From positions 320,001 through 384,000 of the forward strand of contig JBHYGA010000001.1 of assembly GCA_051859245.1 (NCBI GenBank): a stretch of 64,000 bases of DNA. Reading direction: 5' to 3'. Both the position numbers and the translations under genes were made by a program. Positions 20,060 to 29,329 of the stretch are shown one piece after another; within the stretch, counting starts at the first letter, position 1; every line of letters starts with the position of its first letter. Origin of the DNA: Gemmatimonadaceae bacterium (GTDB taxonomy: Bacteria > Gemmatimonadota > Gemmatimonadetes > Gemmatimonadales > Gemmatimonadaceae). The notes below the pieces were generated by a model. The model saw only the letters and a list, made by a program, of their open reading frames with translations. It searched no databases and had not been told where the DNA came from.

Positions 20060-21487
20060 ATGACTTATACCGAGACCTTCACCATGAACCACAGCGATTC
20101 CATGACCAGTCAGCCGAGAGCGCGCATGAACGCGATGCGCGTGGCGGCGCTCGCGCTGGCCGCGAGCGCGGGTGGTGTGTTTGCACCAACCGTCGCGCAG
20201 GCGCAGGTGCGCATGACTGTGGCGCCACAGGAAGTGCCCGTTGTATTGCGCGGCGCAACGATTCACACCGTCACGAACGGTGTGATTCAGAACGGCATGA
20301 TCGTGATGGATCGCGGCAAGATTACGGCGATCGGCACAAACGTGGAGATTCCGCGCGGCGCGAAAGTTGTTGACGTCACGGGTAAGCACATCTATCCCGG
20401 CCTTATTGATGCGTACAGCACCGTGGGCATCACGGAAATCGGTTCTGTTGATGTGTCAAACGACATCACCGAGCTCGGCGATTTCAATCCGAACGTGCGC
20501 GCTGAAGTGGCGGTGAACGCAGAAAGCCGGCACATCGGTACCACGCGTTCCGCGGGTGTGCTGGTCGCGTTCAGTACGCCAGAAGGCGGCGTAATTTCTG
20601 GCCTGTCCTCGGCGATGTCGCTGGAAGGGTGGACGTGGGAAGAGATGTCCATGAAGGGCGCGGCGGCGATGAACGTGCAGTGGCCCGATCCGAACGCGCG
20701 TCCGCGTCGCTTTGGTGGTGGTGGTGGACCGCCGGGTGGTCCGGGTGCGCGTGCACCGCAGCCGGCGCCCAAGACGTACGCCGAGCAGGTGGAAGAGATC
20801 AAGAGTTTCTTTGGTGAAGCGCGTGCGTATCGTGACGCTGTGGCCGCGGGTCAGCCATTCCGCACCGACTCGCGTTACGCGGCCATGATCCCGGCGCTCA
20901 GAGGTGACATTCCAGTGGTTGTCGCCGCAGAGGGCGTGGCGCAGATCAATGACGCGATCACGTGGGGTAAGGAAGAAGGACTCAAGATTGTGATTCGCGG
21001 CGGTCGCGACGCCATTCATGTGGCCGAGCGTTTGAAAGCGGAGAACGTGCCCGTGATTCTGACGTCAACAATGGCTGCACCGAATCGTGACTACGAAGGC
21101 TATGACGGAGCGTACAGCTCGCCGGCGAAACTGCACGCCGCCGGTGTGAAGTTCGCGATTGCCGGTGGATCAGGCGCACTGTATAGCTACCGCTTGCCGT
21201 GGGAAGCGGGCGTGGCTGTGGCGTTTGGTTTGCCGGAAGAAGAGGCGCTCAAGGCGGTCACAATCAATGCCGCCGAGTTCATGGGTATTGCCGATAAAGT
21301 GGGTTCACTTGAAGTGGGCAAGGAAGCCACGTTGCTGATTACCACTGGGACGCCGCTCGACATGACCACGAACATTTCGCAGTCGTACATTCAGGGCCGC
21401 GAAATCGACATGAACGACATTCAGAAGCACTTCTTCAAGAAGTACATGGAGAAGATCAAGCAGCAGATGAAGAAGATTACGAGCTGA
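20060..21487 (+). CDS. Secreted amidohydrolase family protein with degenerate metal site
   Basis: YPGLIDAYS, GSLEVGKEAT; starts 2 bp after the previous stop. Confidence 0.85.
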   Translation: MTYTETFTMNHSDSMTSQPRARMNAMRVAALALAASAGGVFAPTVAQAQVRMTVAPQEVPVVLRGATIHTVTNGVIQNGMIVMDRGKITAIGTNVEIPRGAKVVDVTGKHIYPGLIDAYSTVGITEIGSVDVSNDITELGDFNPNVRAEVAVNAESRHIGTTRSAGVLVAFSTPEGGVISGLSSAMSLEGWTWEEMSMKGAAAMNVQWPDPNARPRRFGGGGGPPGGPGARAPQPAPKTYAEQVEEIKSFFGEARAYRDAVAAGQPFRTDSRYAAMIPALRGDIPVVVAAEGVAQINDAITWGKEEGLKIVIRGGRDAIHVAERLKAENVPVILTSTMAAPNRDYEGYDGAYSSPAKLHAAGVKFAIAGGSGALYSYRLPWEAGVAVAFGLPEEEALKAVTINAAEFMGIADKVGSLEVGKEATLLITTGTPLDMTTNISQSYIQGREIDMNDIQKHFFKKYMEKIKQQMKKITS

Positions 21488-21492
21488 CGTCG

Positions 21493-22038
21493 TCAGCCGA
21501 AGACGCGCAGCTCCAACCGCGTGTCTTCGGCGTCACTCGCAAGGATGTGTGCGACCGCCGCCCCATCGAGATGCACCACGGTCTCAGGACGCGTAGGTGC
21601 CCGCAGTTCAAGGAGCCGCCACCCCTGAGTGTCGGCTCCTTTTACGTGCAGCCGCGCGCCTGGCACCTGTAGCGTGAGCAACGATTCAAGCTGCGTTTCC
21701 CAGCCCTCGGAATACGTGGGGTCAAGCGAAAGCTGACCGGCGGAACCCTCGGCCTGCGCGCGATGTTGTGGGTCGTGCGTGAGCCGCCAGCGTCCGCGCA
21801 CAACGCGCCGATGCGCTCCCGATGTGAAGACCAACTCACCAGGCCAGTGGTGCTGGTCGAGTGTTCGCGCACGCGCGCGCTCCGGCGCTTCGACTGGGTC
21901 CTGCCCGTCTTCAGGACTACCAGCGCGCGATCGAAGGCGGCGCAGGCGTGAGGCGCGGGCCGTGCCGTCAACCGCGATTGGGCGCGCGGGCCAGGCGCCG
22001 AGCAGTAGCACGAGAAGCGACGAGAGCAGTCGGGGCAT
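21493..22038 (-). CDS. Hypothetical protein
   Basis: ATG-start ORF fills the gap between neighbours and has a signal-like N-terminus; no motif recognised. Confidence 0.45.
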   Translation of the reverse strand: MPRLLSSLLVLLLGAWPARPIAVDGTARASRLRRLRSRAGSPEDGQDPVEAPERARARTLDQHHWPGELVFTSGAHRRVVRGRWRLTHDPQHRAQAEGSAGQLSLDPTYSEGWETQLESLLTLQVPGARLHVKGADTQGWRLLELRAPTRPETVVHLDGAAVAHILASDAEDTRLELRVFG

Positions 22039-22098
22039 ATAGACAATTTAGTCACGTCGCGCTCGCGCCTCGCCCCGGCGAGATGTAAGATTTGCCGC

Positions 22099-23511
22099 GT
22101 GACTTCGCACACCGGCCTCGCGGCGGCCATTTCGGACCGCTATACCATCCTTCGTGAAGTTGGCGTGGGTGGCATGGCGACGGTTTTTCTGGCGGAAGAC
22201 CGCAAGCACGATCGCAAGGTCGCACTCAAGGTGCTTAAGCCGGAGCTGGCCGCGGCCCTGGGCGCCGACCGGTTTCCGCGCGAAATCAAGACGGTCGCAC
22301 AGTTCAATCACCCGCACATTCTTTCCCTGTACGACTCGGGTGAGGTGCAGGGCTTTTTGTACTACGTGATGCCATTCGTGGAGGGCGAGTCGCTGCGCGA
22401 GCGGCTTGATCGCGAAAAGCAGCTGCCCATCAACGATGTGGTGCGCATCATGCACGAAGTGGCCGACGCACTCACGTATTCGCACGCGCGCGGCGTGGTG
22501 CATCGGGACATCAAGCCGGGCAATGTGTTGCTGTCAGGACGACACGCCGTGGTCACGGATTTTGGCGTGGCCAAAGCGGTGAGTGTTTCGGGCACTGACA
22601 AAGCGACGACCACCGGAATGGCAGTAGGAACGCCGCAATACATGGCACCAGAGCAGGCCATGGGTGAGGCGGACGTTGATCATCGCGCCGACATCTACGC
22701 ACTTGGATTGCTGGCGTATGAAATGTTGGCGGGGCGACCGGTGTTCGAAGCGCCTACGGCGCAGGCCATGTTGGCGGCTCAGGTGATGGAAGTGCCGCCC
22801 GACATTCGTACACTACGGTCGAACACGCCGCCGCTGCTGGCGGATGCAGTCATGCGTTGTCTCGCAAAAAATCGTGCGGATCGGTGGCAAAGTGCAGACG
22901 AGTTGGTGACGGCCATTGAAGCAATTCAAACATCGCCAAGTGGTGGCATGACGCCGGCCCAAACGGCACCGCATAAGGCCACGGCGGTCAAGCCGAAGCA
23001 GTCGCGCGGCCTGCTGGTGGGCGCGGTCGTCGGTGTCCTCGTTGTTGGTGGTGCGCTCGGCACTTTCCTTCTCAATCGCGATAACGGTAGCACCGCGGCA
23101 CGTATTGATAAGATGGGCGTGATGCCCATCGAGGATATTTCTGGGCAGGATTCAGTATTTGTCACCGCCATGCACGACGCACTCACCAACGCGCTCACGC
23201 GTGCCAACGTCGTGGGTGTTGCGTCACGTTCGGCGATGATGCGCTATAGCAAGAGCGACAAAACCACCGAAGTGATCGCGAAAGAACTTGCACTTGGTGC
23301 GATCGTCGAAGCAACGGTGTTTCGTACCGGTGATGTCATGCGTATCAATGTGCAGCTCAGTGATCCTGTGACAACGCGCGTCCTCTGGTCGGATACGTAT
23401 GAACGCGATGTCAGCAACGTGCTCGCGGCGCAAAACGAAGTGGTCACGCTCGTGGCGACCGGTATCAGCGGTGCGTTGAGCGGAACGCCGAATCCAGGAG
23501 ACAGGGAATGA
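22099..23511 (+). CDS. Hanks-type Ser/Thr protein kinase with TM helix and TolB-N/FlgO-like C-terminal domain
   Basis: GVGGMATV, VALK, HRDIKPGN, DFG, GTPQYMAPE, DIYALG; then a TM helix and GVMPIEDISG...RINVQL...LWSDTYER. Confidence 0.93.
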   Translation: MTSHTGLAAAISDRYTILREVGVGGMATVFLAEDRKHDRKVALKVLKPELAAALGADRFPREIKTVAQFNHPHILSLYDSGEVQGFLYYVMPFVEGESLRERLDREKQLPINDVVRIMHEVADALTYSHARGVVHRDIKPGNVLLSGRHAVVTDFGVAKAVSVSGTDKATTTGMAVGTPQYMAPEQAMGEADVDHRADIYALGLLAYEMLAGRPVFEAPTAQAMLAAQVMEVPPDIRTLRSNTPPLLADAVMRCLAKNRADRWQSADELVTAIEAIQTSPSGGMTPAQTAPHKATAVKPKQSRGLLVGAVVGVLVVGGALGTFLLNRDNGSTAARIDKMGVMPIEDISGQDSVFVTAMHDALTNALTRANVVGVASRSAMMRYSKSDKTTEVIAKELALGAIVEATVFRTGDVMRINVQLSDPVTTRVLWSDTYERDVSNVLAAQNEVVTLVATGISGALSGTPNPGDRE

Positions 23512-25469
23512 AGCGGAGTGTTCTTGTGTGTATGTTGACGCTGGTTGCGGCGTGCAACGGGGATCGAGACGTACCGGCCGACGAATTGCCGGAGACGGTC
23601 GCATTGTCTCCCGACAGCGCACAACACGCCGGCCACGCATTCTCAAGCGATGGACAGCGCATCGCATACTGGACACCAGCGACCGACTCAACAACGAACT
23701 GGCTGCTTACGGTCGCCAACGCCGACCTGAGCGATGCGAAGCCCCTTGCCGTGCGCTCCGCTTTTCCGGACTGGATCTTATGGCGTCACGACGGAGCCCA
23801 GCTCGCCTCCGTCTCATCGCAGTATGGCACGGCGGACATCGTACTCGTCACGCTCAGCACTGGCGAAGTACAGCGCGTGACGCAGGACGCAGGAATTGAA
23901 ATTCCACAAGGGTGGACAACCGACGGCCGCGCGCTGTCGTACATGCGTTCGTCTTCCGACGGCTCGTTTCGCACCGATGTACTCTCGCTTGTGGATGGTG
24001 CACGTCGCCCCATGTTGCCCGGCGAATCGCGTCCCCACATCGGCTTTCCGTCGCCGGACGGTTCGCACGTGATGTACATGCTGGGTGACGGCTCAAGCTA
24101 TACGATCGGGGTCGCGGATAGCCTTGGTGCCAATCGCCGGCAACTGACCACAGAAGGATTCGAAGAAATTGTGCGGAATCCGTGGTCACCAGACGGCAAG
24201 TCTATTCTCTACGTCTCCAGGCGTACCGGTACCTCCGACCTGTGGATCGCGCCGATTGATGGAAGCGCACCGCGCCAGCTGACGCGCAATGTACGCAACG
24301 ATTTTGAAGGCGCCTGGTCGCCCGACGGCCAATGGATTGCATTTCTCTCTGATCGCGGGAAGCAGACGGATGTCTGGATTGTACCCGCAGCGGGCGGCGA
24401 AGAGCGCCGCGTGACCAATAGCGCTGCGGAAGAGCGCGCACCACTGGCCTGGCGTGCAGGAACGAACGAACTGACGTTCAACGTGACGAGTGAGCGCAGT
24501 GAGTTGTGGGCGGTGGATGTGGAGAGTGGTCAGGAACGGCAGCTGACCGCTGACTCGCTTCGCCTGAGTGATTTCTGGGTGTCACCGGATGGACGGGATG
24601 TGGCCATCATCGTTGAACGCGGTGGAGGTGTACGCGAGCTCGCGATGGTGCCCGTGATGGGTGGGGTCGCTCGCACACTCGTTTCGAATCAGGCACGGAT
24701 TGCTCGTCCGCTGTTTTCGCCAGACGGATCGAAGCTGGTGTACTCGTCGGATGTGGGCGGCACGGACGATGTCTGGGTTGTAGATGTACAGGGAGGCGCG
24801 GCGCGTCAGCTGACCAACTGGCCCGGCATTGAACGAAGTCCGGTCTGGAGCGAAAACGGCTCCGAGCTCCTGTTTCTATCCGACCGTGACACGCGGTTGT
24901 ACGACGTCTGGAAAGTGCCAGCTTCCGGTGGCGATCCGGTGCGCGTCACACGCGACGGTGGATTGGTGGAACTGCTGGCTCGAGCCGGTTTTCCCGGGAC
25001 CTACGTGTCACGCATCAGCACAAAAGCCGGACAGATCGGATTGTCGCGACTGCAGGATGATGGAAGCTTGCAAACCGTTTGGGACGATTCAAACACCGAG
25101 CGCCTGCTTCCGCTCAGTGCGGATTCCATGCTGGCAATGGTTGAACAAGCCGACGGAACGATTCGCGGCATGATCCTCTCTGTTTCCGGCGGCGGCGGAC
25201 GCATTATTCTCAAGCCCAATGAGCGCCTGTCATGGTCATCGAGTGACGGCCGGACGCTCGTGTTCAGCACGCCGGTGAATGGTGCCAACGATCTCGCGCT
25301 GCTCAACATATCTGACGGTAGCGTACGACAGCTTGTCAGCTCGCCCGAGGATGAGCAGGGAGCCGAGATCACGCGGGACAATAAGACAGTCGTGTTTATG
25401 CGCAATCAGGCAATCCAACGCATTCATACGGCAGATCTGACACGACTGTTGAGCAAGCCCGTTCGATAG
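23508..25469 (+). CDS. PD40/TolB-like beta-propeller lipoprotein
   Basis: Lipobox LVAAC; many WSPDG/FSPDG and RQLT repeats; ATGA overlap with the kinase gene. Confidence 0.88.
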   Translation: MKRSVLVCMLTLVAACNGDRDVPADELPETVALSPDSAQHAGHAFSSDGQRIAYWTPATDSTTNWLLTVANADLSDAKPLAVRSAFPDWILWRHDGAQLASVSSQYGTADIVLVTLSTGEVQRVTQDAGIEIPQGWTTDGRALSYMRSSSDGSFRTDVLSLVDGARRPMLPGESRPHIGFPSPDGSHVMYMLGDGSSYTIGVADSLGANRRQLTTEGFEEIVRNPWSPDGKSILYVSRRTGTSDLWIAPIDGSAPRQLTRNVRNDFEGAWSPDGQWIAFLSDRGKQTDVWIVPAAGGEERRVTNSAAEERAPLAWRAGTNELTFNVTSERSELWAVDVESGQERQLTADSLRLSDFWVSPDGRDVAIIVERGGGVRELAMVPVMGGVARTLVSNQARIARPLFSPDGSKLVYSSDVGGTDDVWVVDVQGGAARQLTNWPGIERSPVWSENGSELLFLSDRDTRLYDVWKVPASGGDPVRVTRDGGLVELLARAGFPGTYVSRISTKAGQIGLSRLQDDGSLQTVWDDSNTERLLPLSADSMLAMVEQADGTIRGMILSVSGGGGRIILKPNERLSWSSSDGRTLVFSTPVNGANDLALLNISDGSVRQLVSSPEDEQGAEITRDNKTVVFMRNQAIQRIHTADLTRLLSKPVR

Positions 25470-25494
25470 TCATTCAACAATTTCCGAGAGAACA

Positions 25495-25905
25495 ATGACG
25501 AGTGCAGCAGCGGCGTTAAACGCAACACATCTGGGTGCCTCGATCACCTGCAAGGATATCGAAGCGTCCATTCGCTTTTACCGAGACGCGATCGGATTCG
25601 CCGTGGCGCAGCAGATGGAACGCGAGGGCAAGGTGGTTGCGGCGGTTGTCGTCGCGGGTAACTGCCAGTTCATGTTGAATCAGGACGACGGCAAACTCGG
25701 CTGGGATCGCATCAAGGGGCAGGGCTTCTATTTGCAGATCAATGTGGCCGCTGCGGCGGATGTCGATGCAGCGGCTGCGCGCATTAAAGCGGCGGGTGGA
25801 ACGCTCCTGAGCGAACCGGCTGACCGTCCGTGGGGCGTGCGCATGTTTCAGTTCTATGATCTTGACGGATTCAAGCTGGGTGTCTCCACGCCACTCGTGA
25901 GCTAA
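25495..25905 (+). CDS. VOC/glyoxalase/bleomycin-resistance family protein
   Basis: DIEASIRFYRDAIGF, EPADRPWGVRMF..DLDG. Confidence 0.88.
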   Translation: MTSAAAALNATHLGASITCKDIEASIRFYRDAIGFAVAQQMEREGKVVAAVVVAGNCQFMLNQDDGKLGWDRIKGQGFYLQINVAAAADVDAAAARIKAAGGTLLSEPADRPWGVRMFQFYDLDGFKLGVSTPLVS

Positions 25906-25914
25906 GGAGGTCGA

Positions 25915-27318
25915 ATGTCGATAGCGAAACGGTCCGCGTTTTTGCCGAGCGGACGCACGCGTGTTGCATCGGTCGTTGGCATTGTTTCCATGGCCGTTGC
26001 CGTACTGGCTACAACGCGTCAGGCCGATTCACTCGTCGCGCAGCACGCGGTGCCAACGTTTAGCGAAGACGTCGCGCCGATTCTGTACAAGAACTGCGTC
26101 AGCTGTCACCGGCCGGGTGGTCTCGGACCGTTCTCGCTCATCGAATACGACAGCGCCAAGGCGAATGCCCCTGAGATTGCGGACGCAGTCGAAACCGGCT
26201 ACATGCCACCGTGGCACGCCGAGGGACCACATGGCGAGTTTCGCAACGATCGGCGTTTAACCGCGCTTGAGAAGAGCACGATTGCACGCTGGATCGAAGG
26301 TGGTTCGAAGCCTGGTGATCTCGCGAAACTCCCGGCCAAGCCGGTGTTCGCGGACGGTTGGGAGATCGGTACTCCTGACGCAGTGATTGCGATGCAACAG
26401 GAGTTCACCGTACCCGCGTCTGGTACGATTGACTATCAGTACTTCGAAATTCCGACCAACTTTACCGAGGATAAGTGGGTCACGGCGATCGAGTTTATGC
26501 CTGGCGCACGCGAAGTGGTGCATCACGTGCTGGTGTACGCGAAAGTGCCGGCACCCAACGCACCGGCGGTCAATACAGCAGCTAGTGCGGGGAACGCGGC
26601 ACCAGCGGCAACTCCAGCCGCACGTCCTCGCCCGCTCTTTCTCGACAAGCCCGAGTATCAAACCCCGCGTGAGCCCGCGCGCCAGCCGGGGGACAAAAAT
26701 CCACCACCGCGTCAGCTCGGACAACTCATTGGCGCGACCGCGCCCGGAACTAACGTGATGCGCTTTCCCGAAGGCACGGCGCTTCGCGTGCGCGCGGGTA
26801 CGATCATCACGTTCCAGATGCACTACACGGCACACGGCCACGAAGAAACAGACCGCACCAAAGTGGGCTTTCAGTTCGCGGATGGCATGCCCAATGAAGA
26901 AATGCGCATGAGTGCATTCATCAATGGAAAGTTCGTATTGCCTGCTGGTGAGAAAAACGTGGCGGTAACCACGGAACTCGAGCCGACTGAACCGGTCAGG
27001 ATTTACGGGCTGTTGCCACACACGCATCTGCGCGGCAAACGCTGGAAGTATGAGCTTAAGCAGCCCGATGGTTCGTCGCGCGTGGTGCTCGACATTCCGC
27101 GTTACGATTTCAACTGGCAGACGTACTACTTTTTCAGCACGCCGCTTGAAGTCGTCGGCGGCGCGAAACTCGTCTCCACCGCGTGGTATGACAACTCGGC
27201 GAGCAACCCCAGCAACCCGGACGCGAAAATCAACGTCACGTGGGGCGATCAGACGTGGGATGAGATGCAGTACACGGCGTTCTTGTACACGGTACCCAGT
27301 CGAAAACTCAATCGATAA
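25915..27318 (+). CDS. Cytochrome c fused to a copper type II (PHM/DBH-like) monooxygenase domain
   Basis: CVSCHRPG and MPPW; VVHH, QMHY, PHTHLRG, YDFNWQ, DEM; RBS AAGGAGG. Confidence 0.82.
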   Translation: MSIAKRSAFLPSGRTRVASVVGIVSMAVAVLATTRQADSLVAQHAVPTFSEDVAPILYKNCVSCHRPGGLGPFSLIEYDSAKANAPEIADAVETGYMPPWHAEGPHGEFRNDRRLTALEKSTIARWIEGGSKPGDLAKLPAKPVFADGWEIGTPDAVIAMQQEFTVPASGTIDYQYFEIPTNFTEDKWVTAIEFMPGAREVVHHVLVYAKVPAPNAPAVNTAASAGNAAPAATPAARPRPLFLDKPEYQTPREPARQPGDKNPPPRQLGQLIGATAPGTNVMRFPEGTALRVRAGTIITFQMHYTAHGHEETDRTKVGFQFADGMPNEEMRMSAFINGKFVLPAGEKNVAVTTELEPTEPVRIYGLLPHTHLRGKRWKYELKQPDGSSRVVLDIPRYDFNWQTYYFFSTPLEVVGGAKLVSTAWYDNSASNPSNPDAKINVTWGDQTWDEMQYTAFLYTVPSRKLNR

Positions 27319-27339
27319 CCGTGCCGTCAACGCACTCGT

Positions 27340-28659
27340 TCACCCTCCGAGTTCGTTCAGTCTCGGATTCACAAAATTATTGAAGATTGAACCGAAGGTG
27401 AACGTGAGCCCCACACTCCCGCGCAGCCGATACGCCGTGGCGAGTGCGCGCTGACGCGTGAGCACTTCATCATCGCTCACATCACCGCGCGGCAAGTAGA
27501 GCTGGTCCTGCACCTTGGACGCCTCGGCGCTCAGCTCGAGGGAGAGACCGCGCGAAAGACGCAACGTGGTGCGTCCGTTGAACGTGAGATTGTAGCGGTC
27601 GGTGTCATGCAGGTACTGCGTGTATCGCAGTGCGCCGTCCAACTGCCCCCACGGTTGACGCGACTCGCCCGCGACCACGGCGCGAGCGACTGGGCGCAGT
27701 TCCGAGGCCCGATCGAAGATGGTGATCTCGTTGTAGTCGTAGAAGCGCCCACCAACGGAGAGAATGCCAACAAACTGTCGACTGGTTGCCTCGCGCCACG
27801 GAAACAGATTGTACTCGGCCGACACTTCGACGTTCGCGTACGCATCCTCATTGCGGAATTCGTTCAAGCCGGCACGCGCGCGTGTCCCAACAGACCAGTG
27901 ATCACTGAGACTTCGAACTACCCGCGCTGTGGCTTGCGCTGAGCGCAGAATGAAGCGACGCTCACCGCCGTCGGATAATTCGAAGCGTCTTGACTGGTAT
28001 TCGTTGTCGGCATTGAACTCCAGCTTCCACTCTTCGGTAATCCGATTGGCGCTGAGCGAGCCCGACACGCGATACTCGCCGGAGCGACTCTCCGACTCGG
28101 CGTTGCCGTTCATGCGGACCCGGTACACCCAGAGGTTCCACGGGTCGGTCGGCGTCTGCCCCACGGCTACGTCATCGCCCTCCGGTGGTGCATAGGCCAC
28201 CATCAGCCGATCAGCGAGTCCGGCGGCCTGCGCATTGCGCGCCAGTCTCCCCACGAGCCCCACATGCACCATGCGCGCGAGATTCCGTCGGCGCATGTCT
28301 TCGCTGATGTTCGGAGGCGTGGTGGTGACGAGCGTATCGATTCGACCGTCGAAACTGCGCTGTCCGATGAACTGCAACGTGTACTCGCCGCCTCCGGAAC
28401 CAGTCGTGATGCGCGTGACGAGCAGGTGGATATCCGCATCGAGCCGGTCCTGCGTGAATACCGCGTACGGATGCTCGGTAATGAAGAAATTGCGGTCACA
28501 TCCACCCGTGGGGCAGTCGAGGAACACCTTCAGTCGCGGGTCGGCGGTCGCCGACTTGGCAGTCGCGGTCTGAGCGGCTGCGAGCGACGGCACGCAGAAC
28601 AACAGGATGACGAGCAGCACACGACATGCGTGCCGGGCGGAGCGTTGGGGAGAGGGCAT
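27340..28659 (-). CDS. Hypothetical secreted/outer-membrane beta-barrel protein
   Basis: Signal peptide, VFLDC...C, DPWNLWVY, alternating beta-strand pattern, C-terminal FTFGSIFNNFVNPR. Confidence 0.7.
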   Translation of the reverse strand: MPSPQRSARHACRVLLVILLFCVPSLAAAQTATAKSATADPRLKVFLDCPTGGCDRNFFITEHPYAVFTQDRLDADIHLLVTRITTGSGGGEYTLQFIGQRSFDGRIDTLVTTTPPNISEDMRRRNLARMVHVGLVGRLARNAQAAGLADRLMVAYAPPEGDDVAVGQTPTDPWNLWVYRVRMNGNAESESRSGEYRVSGSLSANRITEEWKLEFNADNEYQSRRFELSDGGERRFILRSAQATARVVRSLSDHWSVGTRARAGLNEFRNEDAYANVEVSAEYNLFPWREATSRQFVGILSVGGRFYDYNEITIFDRASELRPVARAVVAGESRQPWGQLDGALRYTQYLHDTDRYNLTFNGRTTLRLSRGLSLELSAEASKVQDQLYLPRGDVSDDEVLTRQRALATAYRLRGSVGLTFTFGSIFNNFVNPRLNELGG

Positions 28660-28779
28660 TGCGCAACATAGAGGGTGGATCCGGGCCAGTGCACCCGTAG
28701 GGGCACTTGCCTTTCCATGGGGAGTGGTGGACACTACCTCTACGACTCACCACTGCCATCCGTTCAAACGGAGACGACC

Positions 28780-29313
28780 ATGTCAGAGCACGACCGACCG
28801 GCGACGACGCTGGCGGGACTCGATGTGCGGCTTGAGCGCGATGTGTTCTTGCGTTCCATGCTGCGTGAGCTCGCAGGTACCCTGCAGGATGTTGTCGGAC
28901 TTGATGAAGCGTCGGGTTTTATCAGCGTGGTCGGTCAGCGCATCGGCGACGAGCTGAACGCCAGTTATCGCGCGGCGCTCGGGGTTCCCTCGTTGAACCG
29001 CGAACAGGTGGCCGATGTGCTGGTCGATCTGAAACAGCGCATCAACGGCGAGTTTGTCATCGTCGAGCAGGATGACGAACGCATCGTGTACGCCAACACG
29101 CGCTGTCCATTCGCCGAGAAGGTGGTCGATCGACCCGCACTCTGCATGATGACATCGAACGTGTTCGGCAACATTGCCGCCGAAAACCTCGGCTACGCGC
29201 GTGTGGTGCTCGAGGAAACCATTGCGCAGGGTGCCGCTGGTTGTCGTGTGGTTGTGCATCTTACGTCGTCGGACGAACAAACGCCGGCGGGACGCGAGTA
29301 CTTTCGCGCGTAA
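28780..29313 (+). CDS. Methanogen output domain 1 (MetOD1)/V4R-like protein
   Basis: [29 protein letters not shown] at 28780 after GGAG. Confidence 0.8.
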   Translation: MSEHDRPATTLAGLDVRLERDVFLRSMLRELAGTLQDVVGLDEASGFISVVGQRIGDELNASYRAALGVPSLNREQVADVLVDLKQRINGEFVIVEQDDERIVYANTRCPFAEKVVDRPALCMMTSNVFGNIAAENLGYARVVLEETIAQGAAGCRVVVHLTSSDEQTPAGREYFRA

Positions 29314-29329
29314 AGATTCAGCCAAGACG

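Noticed and set aside
26257..27330. 357-aa minus-strand ORF
   Set aside because: Antisense shadow of the cytochrome c-monooxygenase gene.
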